Source: Anolis carolinensis
Lineage: Eukaryota
Assembly: GCF_035594765.1 (NCBI RefSeq)
Contig: NC_085843.1
Span: 19,173,955-19,237,954, forward strand
Length of the DNA stretch: 64,000 nt
Direction: 5' to 3'
The position numbers and the translations under genes are program-made. Numbering within the stretch: position 1 is the stretch's first letter; each line of letters begins with the position of its first letter. The notes under the pieces were generated by a model, which was not told the DNA's origin, ran no database searches, and saw nothing but the letters and a program-made list of their open reading frames with translations. This document shows, one piece after another, positions 1-12,985 of this stretch.

Positions 1-919
1 TACGTTAATTTTTTTTGGAGAAATGTGGCTAAATCACTGTTTCATGAGCTATTTAGGTAGAATACTGCCTTCTTCATAGCTGCCTCCTACTTTTCAACCC
101 TGCCTTTCAACAATCCTTTATTACTGTATTGACGATCTGGCAACACTAGATGAGGCTTATAGAAATTGTATCAAAAAGGTAGCCGACTGGAAAATAATGT
201 ATTCTACAATTCCCCATCTTTTATTTTAGGCTCATATTTTCAGAGACTGACAACATTAAAAAGAGTTGTTACTAGTTTATTATATGCAATGTTTGTTGAA
301 TTGACTTGGCAGCCAATATATAACATCTGTGTGAATAAACATATTTTTGCGATGACAGTATCTGCTCTATTTGTGGGTCTTTGGCAGGGTGGGAAATTAT
401 TAGCAGAGGAAAATCTATCAGCAGTACACATATTCCTCCTGTCAGGAATATTGAAGATAAAGCATTTGTTTTTAATTTTTTAAATGTGAACTGTGGATGC
501 ACCTTATTTCCTAGGCTTCAACATTATCTTTTCATTATAACAAAAAATGAAACAAAATTAAGTTGAAAGCTATGGACTAATTTTGTGCTTTAAATTTAAA
601 AGCTTATAGTATCCTTCATTATTTGATGCTTCAGACAGCTAAGTGCTGTTTACATCCAACCAGATGAGATTATCCAGTAAAGCAGCACTGTTTACTTCTT
701 AATGCTTCTAACAGATCTAGCCAATTCAACAGTGTTTTAGTCCCGCTGCCTCAATAAATCCGGCAACCAGATGCCTTTTCAGGGCCCAAGCCTCAAACTG
801 AATTGAACGAGTCCAGAGATTATGCTGCTTCCAAGGACACAGAGCTGAATTGTCACCAGTCTCTCCCAAGAGCTTGACAGCAGTTTATATGAAAGTGATT
901 CAGAGTCTTAGTAGACCAT

Positions 920-1170
920 AAATTGAACATGAGTCAACAATGTCAGGTAGCAGCTAAAAAAGCCAATGTGATTCTAAGCTCCTGTTGAACTATAGTGTTG
1001 AGATTGAGGGAAGTCATAGTCCCACTCAATTTGGTCAGACCTCACCTGGAATAACACTGTCTAGTTCCAGACACCACAATCCAAGAAAGATATGGACAAG
1101 ATGGAACGTGTCCAGAGAAGGGCGACCGAAAGGATCAAAGGTCTGGAAACCAAGCTCTATGCGGAGCATG
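920..1170 (+). mobile_element. Old CR1 ORF2 fragment
   Basis: Degenerate NMSQQC..AAKKAN..L, VRPHLE and ERVQRRA-like coding remnants. Confidence 0.7.
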
Positions 1171-1263
1171 AAGAGGTGCACAGCACTCCCATCCCCTTCA
1201 AAAGATTTCTGTTAGAGATAAAGGGCATCAAGAAATGTTACACAATATCATCATCATAGGTGA

Positions 1264-1610
1264 GGAGCCCTTGGTGATGCAATGGGTTAAAGCCTTGTGC
1301 TGGCAGGACTGCTGACCTGAAGGTTGGGTTGCTTACCTGAAGGTTACCAATTTGAATCCAACCTGGAGTGCAGATGAGCTCCCTCTGTCAGCTCCAGCTC
1401 TATGCGGGGACATGAGAGAAGCCTCCCACAAGGATAAAACATAACAACATTCAGGCATCCCCTGGGCAATATCCTTGGAGACAGCCAATTCTATCCTTGG
1501 AAAACAATCCTATTTGACCATGAGGGATCACCTATGATTATTTTTTTTTTGGTGTCAGTGACTTGAGAAATTGCAGTTTTTCAAGTCACTCCCTACACCA
1601 AAAAAAATAA
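1264..1610 (+). mobile_element. tRNA-headed SINE (GAAGTGACTTGCAGTTTCTCAAGTCGCTCCTGACAC-polyA tail family), rearranged 3' end
   Basis: Same family as copies at 5789, 46103, 56080, 57619 and 63557. Confidence 0.75.
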
Positions 1611-1634
1611 TCATAGGTGATCCCTCATGGCCAT

Positions 1635-1910
1635 ATATGATTGTTTTCCAAGCATAGAGTCTTGCTCGTGGGTCCTTAGGTGACTGTGGAGACCTATTCT
1701 GGATCCACATGGTCTTTTGCAGTGAGGACATACATTTCCAGATGGAAGGCAGTCCCGACAAGGGCTGGCTTGATATACCTTTCTCTTGGCACGTTTCTCT
1801 CATTCTCCTTCTATTCATGCTTCTTCAAAATCCATAGCACTGTTGGTAGCAGCTGACCTCTAGCTAGAAGGCTCAAGGGCCAGAGATTCCCAGTTCTGTG
1901 TTTATGCCAC
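1635..1910 (-). mobile_element. RTE-clade LINE 3' fragment
   Basis: Degenerate GINTE-WESLALE...SAMDFEEA...EKRAKRK-like ORF end on the minus strand. Confidence 0.6.
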
Positions 1911-2115
1911 ATTAATTTAGTTTAGCTTTAAGTCCATCTTTATATCTCTCTTGCTGTTTTTTTGGAAGCTGATTAGAATCTGATTTGGGATTCACTGTAA
2001 GAGATTTTCAAAACTAAAGTGGGCTTAGGTCCATCTTTATTTTTATTGGGATGACCAAGCAAACAAACGAATGACTTTAATTTTAAACTAGTACACTTTA
2101 TGGTTATAGCCGAAA

Positions 2116-2603
2116 GGAAAGGTTGCTTACCTGTAACTGTGTTTCTTCGAGTAGTCATCTGTGAATTCACACAACTGGGTTGATCTCACCTGCAGAGAGC
2201 CTCTTGGGAACCTTGTAGAACAATGGTTCTTAACCTGTGGGTCCCCATGTGTTTTGGCCTATAACTCCCAGACATCCCAGCCAGTTTACCAGCTGTTAGG
2301 ATTTCTGGGAGTCGAAGGCCAAAACATCTGAGGACCCACAGGCTGAGAACCACTGTTCTAGAATCACTAGGCAGAAACATTTTGGTGGTAACCCTGTCCA
2401 CTCTCCCAAGGTTATAAAGGAGCCTGTTGCTGCCAACGTCTCAGTTTCAAGGACAGGACTGCAGCCCCCAAGACCAAGATTGGCAAGACACATTGGGAAG
2501 GATGGGTGGGATTATGTGAGTTCACAGATGATCACTCAAAGAAACACAGTTACAGGTAAGCAACCTGTCCTTCTTCTTCGTGGTCTCTGTGAATCACACA
2601 ACT
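2116..2603. mobile_element. DIRS-like terminal repeat remnant
   Basis: About 55-bp inverted repeat (GGTTGCTTACCTGTAAC... / ...GTTACAGGTAAGCAACC) followed by a third partial direct copy. Confidence 0.55.
2221..2355. mobile_element. hAT MITE
   Basis: CAATGGTTCTTAACC / GGCTGAGAACCACTG termini; 8-bp TSD TTGTAGAA/TTCTAGAA. Confidence 0.8.
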
Positions 2604-4313
2604 AAGTGACTAGCAAAAATCCAAAATCAGGTAGAGGGAGTCGTGACACCAGAATACAAGAATCATCCATTTATAGAGCACCAAATTGCAAATTTGCAAC
2701 CTAGACAGAAAGCACAACAGGTGCCCAGTAATGACTATCAATGACAACCATTGGATTGTATGCATGAATGAACAAGTTGCTATATAAAAACATTGGTTAA
2801 TCTATCTTCCCCACAGGAGGCCAAAGCTTGAACAAAACATTACAGAAAGCAGGGATATCTGACAAAAGGACTGAGAAGATGAAAGACAACAAACTGGTCT
2901 CCGCAGAGCAGAACACAGCAAGCTCCACCCAGTGATTCATTCATGCTGTTCAGTACTAAAAGGTTTTTTTAACAAATAAAATAATACAAAAGTTCAATAA
3001 AGGTGGAAGTTTATTCAAAACCTGAAGTAGTATCTTTTTATTTACCAGTTTCCACAGAAACATATGAGGTATAAAAACTCAGTAGCTCTATCAGGACACA
3101 CAAGAAAGTAACCCAAAACAGTTAGCAGCGAGAGATCAGAATCTTTGTGATAGTATGAGATAGAGGTCAATGGATTCGACTATGTAGCTAGCTGCTGAAA
3201 GGTATCATTCAGGTACATCTTCCAGAAAGGCAGTAGAAGCTGTTCTGAGTTCAAATTGTTGTTTTATATACTAGTGATTGTTTTATATACAAGTGGTTTT
3301 ATTTTGTATTGTACAAAATAATGTAATGGAGATGAACACCAATCCCCAGAGTAGCACACAACTAGACAAAAACCTTTACCTTTTTTTGGACAACTATGAT
3401 GATTTCAAAACTTGAAGGAGATTTGGTTAGAAGGCCAATATGCTGCTGGGGGCGGGGGAGACTTCTGACCATCACAGAATAGTAGGTCATTAATAAATTC
3501 CATAGCACTGAGCCATGACAGATAAAGTGGTGTCAAACTGCATTAATTCTACAGTATAGATACACCCACTGATTCCACAAAAGCCTAGGGAAAATATTAA
3601 CTTGGAGTTCAGAATGGAGACTGATTCTGTTCATAGTTTTAGTCAGTTGGCCAACCCCTCTATCATAATGCTCCATTTTATCCCTCAAGATTTCTTCACT
3701 ATAGTAAGCTGCTTCTTGGTCAATCATTTAGTCACAGTCTGAGGGGCCAGGGTGAGTAGCAAAGGAGAGGCTGCTGGTCTGAAGTTGAACCTATATTGAT
3801 GTACCGGGTTCGAGACATTTGCAACGATTTTGTAATTGCCATCACTAAAGGTGCCACTTTAGCTACTTTAGCTGCCATGGATCCATGGTATGGAATCATG
3901 GAAACTGTAGTTACAAGGTCTTTAGACTTCTCTACCAATGGGTGTTGGTGCTTCACCAAACTACAAATCCCATAATTCCATAGCATTGAGCCATGACAGG
4001 TAAAGTGGTGTCAAACTGCATTAATTATAGAGTGTATTTGCACCCAAAGCCCAACCAGTTCTCCACTGAAAGCACCTGACTAGGTTAACGCCAAATGACT
4101 CAGACATGCATGAAAATCACAATAACCCTTCACTTCAACAAGCACGGAAGCACACTTGGAAATGCAAACCTTAGGATCAATTTCATGCAAATTAAAACTA
4201 GTTCCACAGCCAAGAAACGAGGTTTGGCTGGGTTTCTTTTTGAGGTAAACAAAATACAAACTCTATTAGTGTTTGCTAGATGGGATCCAGACTTCACAAC
4301 ATCATTAGAATTC

Positions 4314-4545
4314 AGGGTTGTTGTATGTCTTTCAGGCTGTGTGGCCATGTTCCAGAAGTATTCTCTCCTGACGTTTCGCCCACATCTATGGCAGGCATCC
4401 TCAGAGGCTGTGTTGCATGGGAGGCCTCTGAGGATGCCTGCCATAGATGTGGGCGAAACGTCAGGAGAGAATACTTCTGGAACATGGCCACACAGCCCGA
4501 AAGACATACAACCCTGTGATCCCGGCCATGAAAGCCTTCGACAAC
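4314..4545. mobile_element. Penelope-like element: inverted pLTR pair with 3' tail
   Basis: About 90-bp inverted arms; perfect 15-bp TSD ACATCATTAGAATTC (4299-4313 and 4546-4560). Confidence 0.88.
4425..4465 (+). ncRNA. Minimal type I hammerhead ribozyme motif of the Penelope pLTR (mirror copy on - at 4367-4407)
   Basis: CCT-CTGAGGA-T-GCCTGC(catagat)GTGGGC-GAAA-CG-TC/AGG: catalytic core, stem II, short stem I and palindromic ACGT at stem III. Confidence 0.75.
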
Positions 4546-5788
4546 ACATCATTAGAATTCTATATAGTACACACATTTTTGAAAGAAAGCCTCTTTAAAG
4601 ATAATGGGAATTTATTCTGAGCAAATATGTCTAGGCCCTGCCTGCAGAGTTTATTACTTTCATCTCTTGCATTCACACTGTTTCACAGATTTCCTTCTCA
4701 AGTAAGTCAATGGGAGGTAACCCAGGGTTAATTTTGCTGCTGTGCTAATAGATTAGACTGTTATTTGTTGTCCTCTACCAGCAAAATCTAGAAAGGCTTT
4801 GGTTCTTAATACAACAATGTCAGGGCTAATCCAAAACATTTCACTTCCTAAGACAGAACAACAAATAGGCAATATATGAGGTGCTTGATCAAGGACATTG
4901 TCACACAAGGCTCCTAAAACGGATTCCATCATTGCAAATCCGTATTGTCCGAGACTGGGGTGTGTCTTATTAGAAGCACTTTGAAACAGCTCAAACTGCA
5001 CAAACACTTACTACCTCATCACATTTACCTAGGGAAGTGTCCTACGATGCTTCTACTCCAGCTGGCGGACTGATGGGCTTGCTTTTGATTTAAATTTAAA
5101 AATAATTTGATGAAATGACTAGTGCCATTTTTATATATTTGTCTTAGATTTAAGTACCACTGAATGGGGCTTATTTGTGACTAAGTGAATACAGAATGGA
5201 CTGAAGAACAAAGTGACTCTGAAGTGAGACTTTCCAGAACATATTCTGTTCCTTTAGCCATTACAATAACATCTAAAAACAAGCAAAATACAATAATTGA
5301 CATAAGATAAGGGGTGGATCTACATTGTAGAAATAATGTAGTTTGAAACTTTAATTTCCACAGTTCAATCTGATGGAATCATGGGAGTTGTTGTTTCACA
5401 AAGCCTAAAGCCTTCTCTGAGAAAGACTGCTGGCACTTCACCAAATCACAGGATTCCATAGCATTTCAACTATGGAAGTTAAAGTGGTTTTAAACTACAT
5501 TAATTCTACAATGTGGATGCATCCCTGGTTGAAGAGGAGATGTAAGCATGTGAACCATACCCTGAGGTTTCGGACTCTTCAGAAGACCCATTATTTTTGA
5601 GCAGCTTATTCTCCAACCAGCCCATTTAAGCCCTTGAATACCCCTAATGGGGCTTGTTGGATCCTGTCCATAGTCTATCTTAAGACTATTCCTGTTTTTA
5701 CATTATGTACAAACATATAGGATGGGGCTGCCACTTTGTTAAAATTTAAGATTGACACATAAGCTCCATTATGTAAACATAATTTTAC

Positions 5789-6071
5789 TTTTTTTTTCAT
5801 GTCAGGAACGACTTGAGAAACTGAAAGTCACTTCTGGTGTGAGAGAATTGGCTGTCTGCAAGGACGTTGCCCAGGGGACACCCGGGTGTTTTGATGTGTT
5901 TACCATCCTTGTGAGAGGCTTCTCTTATGTCTCCACATGGAGCTAGAGGGAGCTCATCCTCGCACTCCCCAGGTTGGATTCAAACCAGCAACTTTCAGGT
6001 CAGCAACCCAACTTTCAAGTCATCAGTTCTGCTGGCACAAGGGTTTAACCCACTGCGCCACCAGGGACTCC
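5789..6071 (-). mobile_element. tRNA-headed SINE
   Basis: Poly(T) plus tail at left, A/B-box head at right; same family as 46103. Confidence 0.8.
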
Positions 6072-6821
6072 ATTTTACAAAATAACTAAATATGAGAATA
6101 CATTTTCAATAAGAAGTGTTTTAAATATGCGTAAGAAACTTTAGATTCGGGTTTAGTAAGTTGGACCCTTTATTTAAAGCACATACAACTTGATATGTAC
6201 CATTTACAAACATGTATCTCAACAGGTGAAATATGTGTTGAAGCCTCAGCTAATAAACCACAAAACTTGCTGGTCTTTACAGATCTGTTTTCTTGTAGAC
6301 ACAGAAAAGTTTCAACGCATCGAAGGAAAATAGGTTTTTATCATCCATCCATCCATTCCCTTGGTAATGCAACGTGATCAAGGTTTTTTTATTAGGAGGT
6401 AAAATTTCCTCCTATTGTAGAACTAGTGAATTATATGTCCATAGATATAGAATTGGCAATAATGGTTTCCTTTTTGCGAGCAACTTTTTTTGTTTGAAAA
6501 GACATGGACCACAAGTGCTTTGAGTGCTTTACATTTCCTGTCAAGACTTTGAACTGAGGTTTTTGTTAACTGCCACTTCTACCTTTTGACATTTCAGTTC
6601 AGCCTAGAAACAATACTATCTTTTGGTGCACAATATAAATGCTACATTCTTTAGTGTGCAAGATAAAAAAATCATGTTCAAAGAGATATATTTTCAGCCA
6701 ATAATGTTTTTGCATAGCAGCATGTAACTACAGTCCAACTGGTAGGTGCAATATATAAGAGGATCCAAATATGTTTGATTCCCAATTAAAGTTGAGTTAT
6801 CAATAAAACCATGACCTCTCT

Positions 6822-6822
<1 letters not shown>

Positions 6823-6854
<32 letters not shown>
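6823..6854. repeat. (CA)n microsatellite
   Basis: Directly visible. Confidence 0.95.
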
Positions 6855-6857
<3 letters not shown>

Positions 6858-7521
6858 CTGAGATACTGTAATGCGGCCTATCTATATAAGTACTGTAGTT
6901 CTCACACCTTTCTTCTTAACTATTGCCATCACTTTCTTTCCAAATAAACATGATAAATGCTTATAAAACATATGGAAGAGAAATATCAAATAGTCATCTA
7001 TATCAATCTACACTTTTTCCCATATCATACATCTAACATTATTGGGTCTTCTTTTCCTCCCAAGAGACAAAATAGGTATAAAAATACAATAATTATATTG
7101 TATATAGATTTTTTTTGGTGTGAAAATATATCATACCATTCGAAATTGACCAATCCCAATTCCAGATGGACCAAAAGCATCGTATCCATGCAGTGCCTAT
7201 TTTATATCAATATCCATAAATCTTATGCTAATTATTCATATTATTATATGACTCTCTAACCAGTATCAGGTCAGCATAACCAGCTGCTTTTTGCAAACCT
7301 ATTAACATTAAACAACCAAGCCAAATTAAGTATTGAGACAGAGCACAGTAATCTTTGGAAGAGTTTTAAAATGTATTACATTCCCTCCCAACAGAAGTTC
7401 TGGAAAGCAAGGACACTATTCATACAAACAGACATTTCTAATTTATTTTTCTGTACTGTTTTTTTTTAAAAAATGGAAGAAAATAATAATTTTAAATGCC
7501 TCTCAGTGATAAGGAAAATAC

Positions 7522-7527
7522 TTTATT
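7522..7527 (-). terminator. Candidate MRE11 poly(A) signal AATAAA
   Basis: AATAAA hexamer on the minus strand about 535 nt after the stop; other candidates exist. Confidence 0.35.
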
Positions 7528-8061
7528 ATCTCTATCTATATTTCTCTGCATGAATTTTTAAAAGGGAAACAGTAGAAGCTAGATAAGTAGAAATTGCCGT
7601 TTCTACTGGGGACTGATATAAAATTAGTTTTCTATTGTCAAAGAGACTGAAAGTCAACAAAAATTTCAATGGGGAAAAGGTGAGAAGGTTTTTGCCTATT
7701 TCCTGCTCCTGAACTCCCCCCAGAGTTGCAATCTCTCAGCCTCCCTACCATTTTTAGAGGAAAAGAAAAATATTTAGGGAACGGAGTAACTGGGAGAAAA
7801 ATCCCAGCTATGTCGTTTGTATTAGGAATCTGCCATTACGATTCTCAATCCAACACACAAAATATGCTCATGTACTTCAAATGGTATTGCTTATCCAAAG
7901 ATTATCCCTTTGGCGAGGAAGCAAAATATTACAAGGAAATGTGAAAACCAATAGAAAACTGGTGAGGAAAGAGATTGCATACTTCATAACACCACTTTAA
8001 AGAAAATTCTGGAGTTTTTTCTTCATCTGTGGCATTTTTCCATAAGTGGTTTCTGGAAATA

Positions 8062-8106
8062 TCATCGGTTTCTTCTTGAGGTAGTAGAACTCTTGAATAA
8101 ATCATC
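8062..8106 (-). CDS. MRE11: MRE11 last coding exon (DDLFKSSTTSRRNR-stop)
   Basis: Acceptor tttacag; TGA at 8064-8062; summed CDS is 2112 nt (703 aa plus stop). Confidence 0.88.
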   Translation of the reverse strand, partial: DDLFKSSTTSRRNR

Positions 8107-9614
8107 CTGTAAATTAATGATAAAAAGACTGCTTTCATACAGTAAGTAAAAGGAAATCAAACCTATTGGAACAGACTGGTAAAGACCAAACCCAAATAAA
8201 TTGTTTTATTCAATACCCAGTACCATTTCAATGTTGTTTTTCATTATCATATTTGCTCTAATGTAATGCTCACATTTTTTGGGCTAAATTCCAAAATTAG
8301 GGTGTGCATTAGATACTTGTAATATGGTAATCTTAGTGCTGAGCCAAAGCAAATGGAGAAGCTACTTCAGGAGCGCCTGGAATGCCCATTAAAGTTAAAG
8401 TGAATTCATTCTACAGCATAGATGCACCCCAAAGTTTTCTTTTCCATTGCTGAAAGCCTTGGTGTTCTAACACTTTTGTTTTGAAAGAAGGAATTATAAG
8501 CATGCAATCACTGTAATTTGCACCTTTTTTGTCCAAATTACAAAGAGTGCACTTTTTGCTGCTGCACATAACATTCGCCAACAAATCCTTTTTTTTCTTT
8601 TCTTTTTTTGGGTTCAGGATTTTGAAAATTGAGGTATACGTTAGATTTGATGGCACATTAGACCTGAGTAAATACGGGTATATTACTTCAACATCTATAA
8701 ATGGTTTCTGATCTTCTGAAAGCACTGACTTTCTGCTGCCTCAAAAATATTTCTCCAGTCTCTTCTGGTTTGTCTCTAGTATACAGTTGTGAATTTCTTA
8801 CAAATTTTGAGGTTTTGTTTATACAACCTTTGCTTTCATTTATATGCTTTCAACTGATTTCTCAGTGTTTGCCATATCCTTGTCTGCAAAAAACTTGCCT
8901 GCCTAAAGTTACTTACTAACAGGCTTAGAACACAGTATTGGAAACCTGATAAGCAACACTGAGCACACAATACTGCAGCTTAATATTTCATCTAGGTGAA
9001 ATGTTTATACTCATGTATAAAAATGAACTGTAGTCAGAAAATTAACTCCCAAAATTACAGTAGATGTTGCCCACAGGTCAACGACTACTGAATACACGAC
9101 ATGAGACATGGGCAAACTTCAACCCTCCAGGTGTTTTGAACTTTAACTCCCACAATTCCTAACAGCCTAGCAAAACACCTGGAGGGCCAAAGTTTGCCCA
9201 TGCTTGCACTACATGAAGAGTCATTTCATATAGTGGGAAGAGTGGTAGCACCATCTTAGAAGTCAGTTATCTCTGGCTGCCTATGTCTCCATTTTTCCAT
9301 CTAGGCATTAATAAAGGTCAAAAGTTGTGCTGCGGCAGAAAAAGTGCAAGGGTGTGTATGTGTGCCAATGTTCCTTTTAGTTTCTCCAAGGACAGACTGA
9401 GCTCTTGCCTTTTACCACAGTATTCAGATAAGGGCAGGGTTACTTTTTGATAACCTAAGTAATTTTTAGCTGTTGCTTTGTTATTTGGCTTCAAGTTGAC
9501 TGTGACTTCAGAAGATCTTAATGCAAGATTTTCTTTGCAAGATCTACTCATAGGTTTGCCACTGCCTTCATGAGGCTGACAGTGTGACTTGCTCAAAGTC
9601 ATCCAGTGAGTTTC

Positions 9615-10100
9615 CTACATCTTAGGTCCAAGTTATTTGAAGGACCGTATCTCTTTCTATGACCCCGTCTGAAATGTGCAATCATCTGTGCCTTTTCTCT
9701 GTTACAATACCTGATCAAGCATGCTCGGTGGGAACAAGGGAGATGGCCTTTTCAATGGTTCCCTATCTTTGGAACTCCCTCTCAAGAAGGGTCTGGATGA
9801 CCCCATCCCTATTTGCCTTTTGTAAGTAAGCTAAGACTTTTGTCTGCCAGCAAGGATATGGGGAAGGACAAGGTTGTGGGGTGAGCTGGGGATGATTTTT
9901 AGTTTTAAATGCAATTTTAATTGTACAAGTAGTTTTATTATATCTTAACTGTGTTTTAGCTTATATCCATGATGCAAAAATTTAATAGCTTTTTATATTT
10001 GCCTTGTTTTACATTTTTATTCGTGCCATATTATTGTTATCTGCGTTGCATCCCTATGGATAGAAATGCAAGATAGAAAAATAGTTAATAAAGAAATAAA
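9615..10100 (+). mobile_element. Old L2-like LINE 3' end
   Basis: Degenerate GP-YLKDR...AFS...P-LWNSLP coding remnant followed by a T-rich UTR. Confidence 0.55.
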
Positions 10101-10478
10101 ATGTCCATAGCTGAGCAGGGATTTTCCCAGAGTCCAAGCAAATTGTCAAATTGCTAGAATTTGCTGGCCATGACACTGTACTCTAGTAACTCTTTTCTGT
10201 GGAGGTTTTAAAACCATTTGGTGGAAGTCATTTGCTTGTATTTTTCTGCATGGCAAAGGTTTGGACTGGATAACTTTTGTGTTCTCTTCCAACTCTATGA
10301 TTCTATGAAATAATGGACACAGAGAAACAGGGAGGAGGTATGCCAGTGCTTACGACAAACCTGGGAAGCAAACTAAATTCAATATTCAACAGCTTCTTAC
10401 CTCATATACACAAATACTTTCATTGTTATTTTACATACAGAGGAAACCAAATACATTAAGGGAAAATAACTTTTATAC

Positions 10479-10557
10479 CTCATCCGAATCAAAGTCTATT
10501 CCTCTTGATGCCTGACTCTGTGAGCTCCTTTTGCTGGATACTGATGCACTTGGTAAT
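10479..10557 (-). CDS. MRE11: MRE11 exon 19 (...SSQSQASRGIDFDSDE; SQ cluster)
   Basis: 79 nt, AG/GT bounded; SQSQ resembles the C-terminal ATM/ATR-site region of MRE11. Confidence 0.9.
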
Positions 10558-11045
10558 CTACACATTAGAAGCAAGAAGAATTGTTATCATCAGAAGAAGC
10601 ATGACATGATCAACTATTAGTTTTATAGTCAATGCACTAGCTGCCAACTTGTTTTGGAATTGAATTTAAGATACTGTTGTTATCTATAAAGCCCTAACAG
10701 GCCACTGCCAAGACAACTTAGAAACATGCTTGTAATGTATAATCTTCTTTAGAGCCCACCCCCCTATATTTCTGGCAGCATCCTTCTTTCCAGATGATAG
10801 TTTGCTGGTGTTCCATTTGACCCCTGGCACATTTTTGAAAAATGTGTTCTCTCTCTGGTTTAAGGATTTATTCTTTGGTCTGTCTGTCACATTACAATTG
10901 CTTCATCAATATCACATATGAAAAAATAAGAACTATTCAATTCCTGTAGCACTTGATGCCTTCCTGCTTGTTCTTGTTGAAGAAATGGATTTCCTCCCCC
11001 CCCCCCAAACAACCCATACAATCATAGAAATACGACTGTACTAAC

Positions 11046-11113
11046 CTCTGACTGACAGTGGAAGATGGAGTGAAGGACACTTCTTCTAGATCAGAGTCAT
11101 CATCTTCAATAAC
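11046..11113 (-). CDS. MRE11: MRE11 exon 18 (VIEDDDSDLEE...)
   Basis: Within ORF 10937..11152; 68 nt; AG/GT bounded. Confidence 0.92.
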
Positions 11114-11852
11114 CTGGTGGGATAAGAATAATGATGTTTTTAATACAATCACAAAAAGATATAGCTTAATTTTATCTTCATTTTATCACTGTGGGTTTTA
11201 GACAGATTTCTTTTGATATTCTTTTTGTCATGCATTATGAGCACCTCTTGGGGGAAAGGCAAACAACAGCATAAAGAACCACAAACAAATCAAAATAAGA
11301 CACATCTATTTGGACTATGGACAGGAATATAATCAACAACATAAAAATATGACTGCAAAGAAATGTCAATAACCAGTAGGAATATGGAAAAACATGTTAA
11401 TAAATTACAATATAATTAAGACATGCAAAATTTTGCTTCTACAAGAATCTGTGTGATTGTTACAATTACTGTCACACTAAATTTCTTATTTTCTATGTAA
11501 ATTTACACTACACTGATACGTATTTGATTTATTTTCTGACAGTTTCCAAGCTGGCTTGCCTCATTAATTGTGCTGTTTGCTTAATCTTATTTGGCCTTCA
11601 GAGATTTTGTTATTAGTAATGATATAACTTTATCTCCAAAGTGTGTGTGTCTGTATATATCTCATCAAACTTTTTTTATTGGTTGCCTGCTTCTGCTGCA
11701 CTTAGGTTGGTAGCTTGTGCTTCCGCTCAAAATGTCCTCTTATATATTGCAAATATAAATGGATCTCATACTAAGGAAGTTTACAATACTGCTATGTACT
11801 ATATGCAAAAGAAATGGTAAGTTTAGTATCCATAAAGTAGCTAGTTATTCAC

Positions 11853-11911
11853 CTCTGAATAATTCTTGGAAGGTTTATTCCGGGAAGGCTGCTGTCTTGA
11901 TGACTTAAATG
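11853..11911 (-). CDS. MRE11: MRE11 exon 17 (FKSSRQQPSRNKPSKNYSE)
   Basis: 59 nt, AG/GT bounded. Confidence 0.92.
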
Positions 11912-12532
11912 CTGGAATTAAATAAAGAAAGATTACTGCAGGAAATATGTCTGTACAAGGGGGGGGGGGGAGCTCTTTAGAAACCTCACAAGAAAACCTC
12001 AGATGGAATCATTCACCATATCTATAAGACTATAACAGATGGCAAGAAAAAGCATACCGAATGTAGAAATTGGCTTAATGCAACAAATATTGGGATTCTG
12101 ATGTGTAATTATAGGTCAGACAAAATATATGCATCGCATTATGTGTTTAAAATCCATGATCAATTCATCCTTTTGTTTATATGCAACCTTTTTCCAGATT
12201 GGAACTCATAAAAATAAGTTAGCAGAGATAACCTATCAACCATCTATATATATATATAGAAGTCAAAGTTTGTCTGTTTGTCTGTCTGTTTGAGTGTACC
12301 ACAAAGGCTGTTGCTAGGTAAAGTGGCACTCTGAGAAAGAAAGCAACATGAGGAAAAGGGAAGAAGGAAGGAAGGAAAGAGCCACAAAGAATGGCATGTT
12401 ACCATGGAGGTAAGCCCTCTCAGAGCTGGAGAAAGAAGAGATGCGATCAGAAGGAAAGAGAAAAAAAAGGGAAAGAAAGGAATGGAGAAAGAAGGGAAAG
12501 GAAAGATGGAAAAGGGTATGAGGGGAGAGAAA

Positions 12533-12985
12533 TAGCCCAGCTTCTGCCTACCTAGCAGTTCAAAAGCAAAATGTGAGTAGATAAATAGGTACCACTTTTT
12601 AAAAGCAGGGGGATATTAAGGCACCCATAAGGAAATGTCAGAAAAATACTGGCAATTCGATCAAGGAGGAAGTTTACTAACAAAGCTCTTTGGCAGGGAG
12701 ATGGAGTGACAGCACCCTCCCCCCCAAAATGGACAGGACTGAGCACAAGCCTCCAAGATACTAAAGATGGGAAATGCCTATATATACCTCTATCTATGTA
12801 CTATTTATTTACTACATTTATATCCCGCCCTTCTCACCCCGAAGAGGACTCAGACAGACTGAATTGTCTGTCTTGTCAGTGTATAAACGGCACTGAATGT
12901 TTGTCACATATGTATGTGTTGTGATCCGCCCTGAGTGCCCTTCAGGATGAGATGGGAAGAATATATATACTGTAAATAAAGCAAT
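12533..12985 (+). mobile_element. SINE fragment with L2-type tail
   Basis: Ends in TGATCCGCCCTGAGTGCCC...ACTGTAAATAAA; related to 52227-52685. Confidence 0.65.

Noticed and set aside
1-900. Possible start of the next syntenic gene (GPR83 in human)
   Set aside because: No GPCR-like coding sequence or CpG island is visible.
4095-4598. Overlapping ORFs with repeated MPAIDVGETSGEN / GHVPEVFSPDVSPTS peptides
   Set aside because: These are translations of non-coding Penelope pLTR palindromes and recur at every copy.
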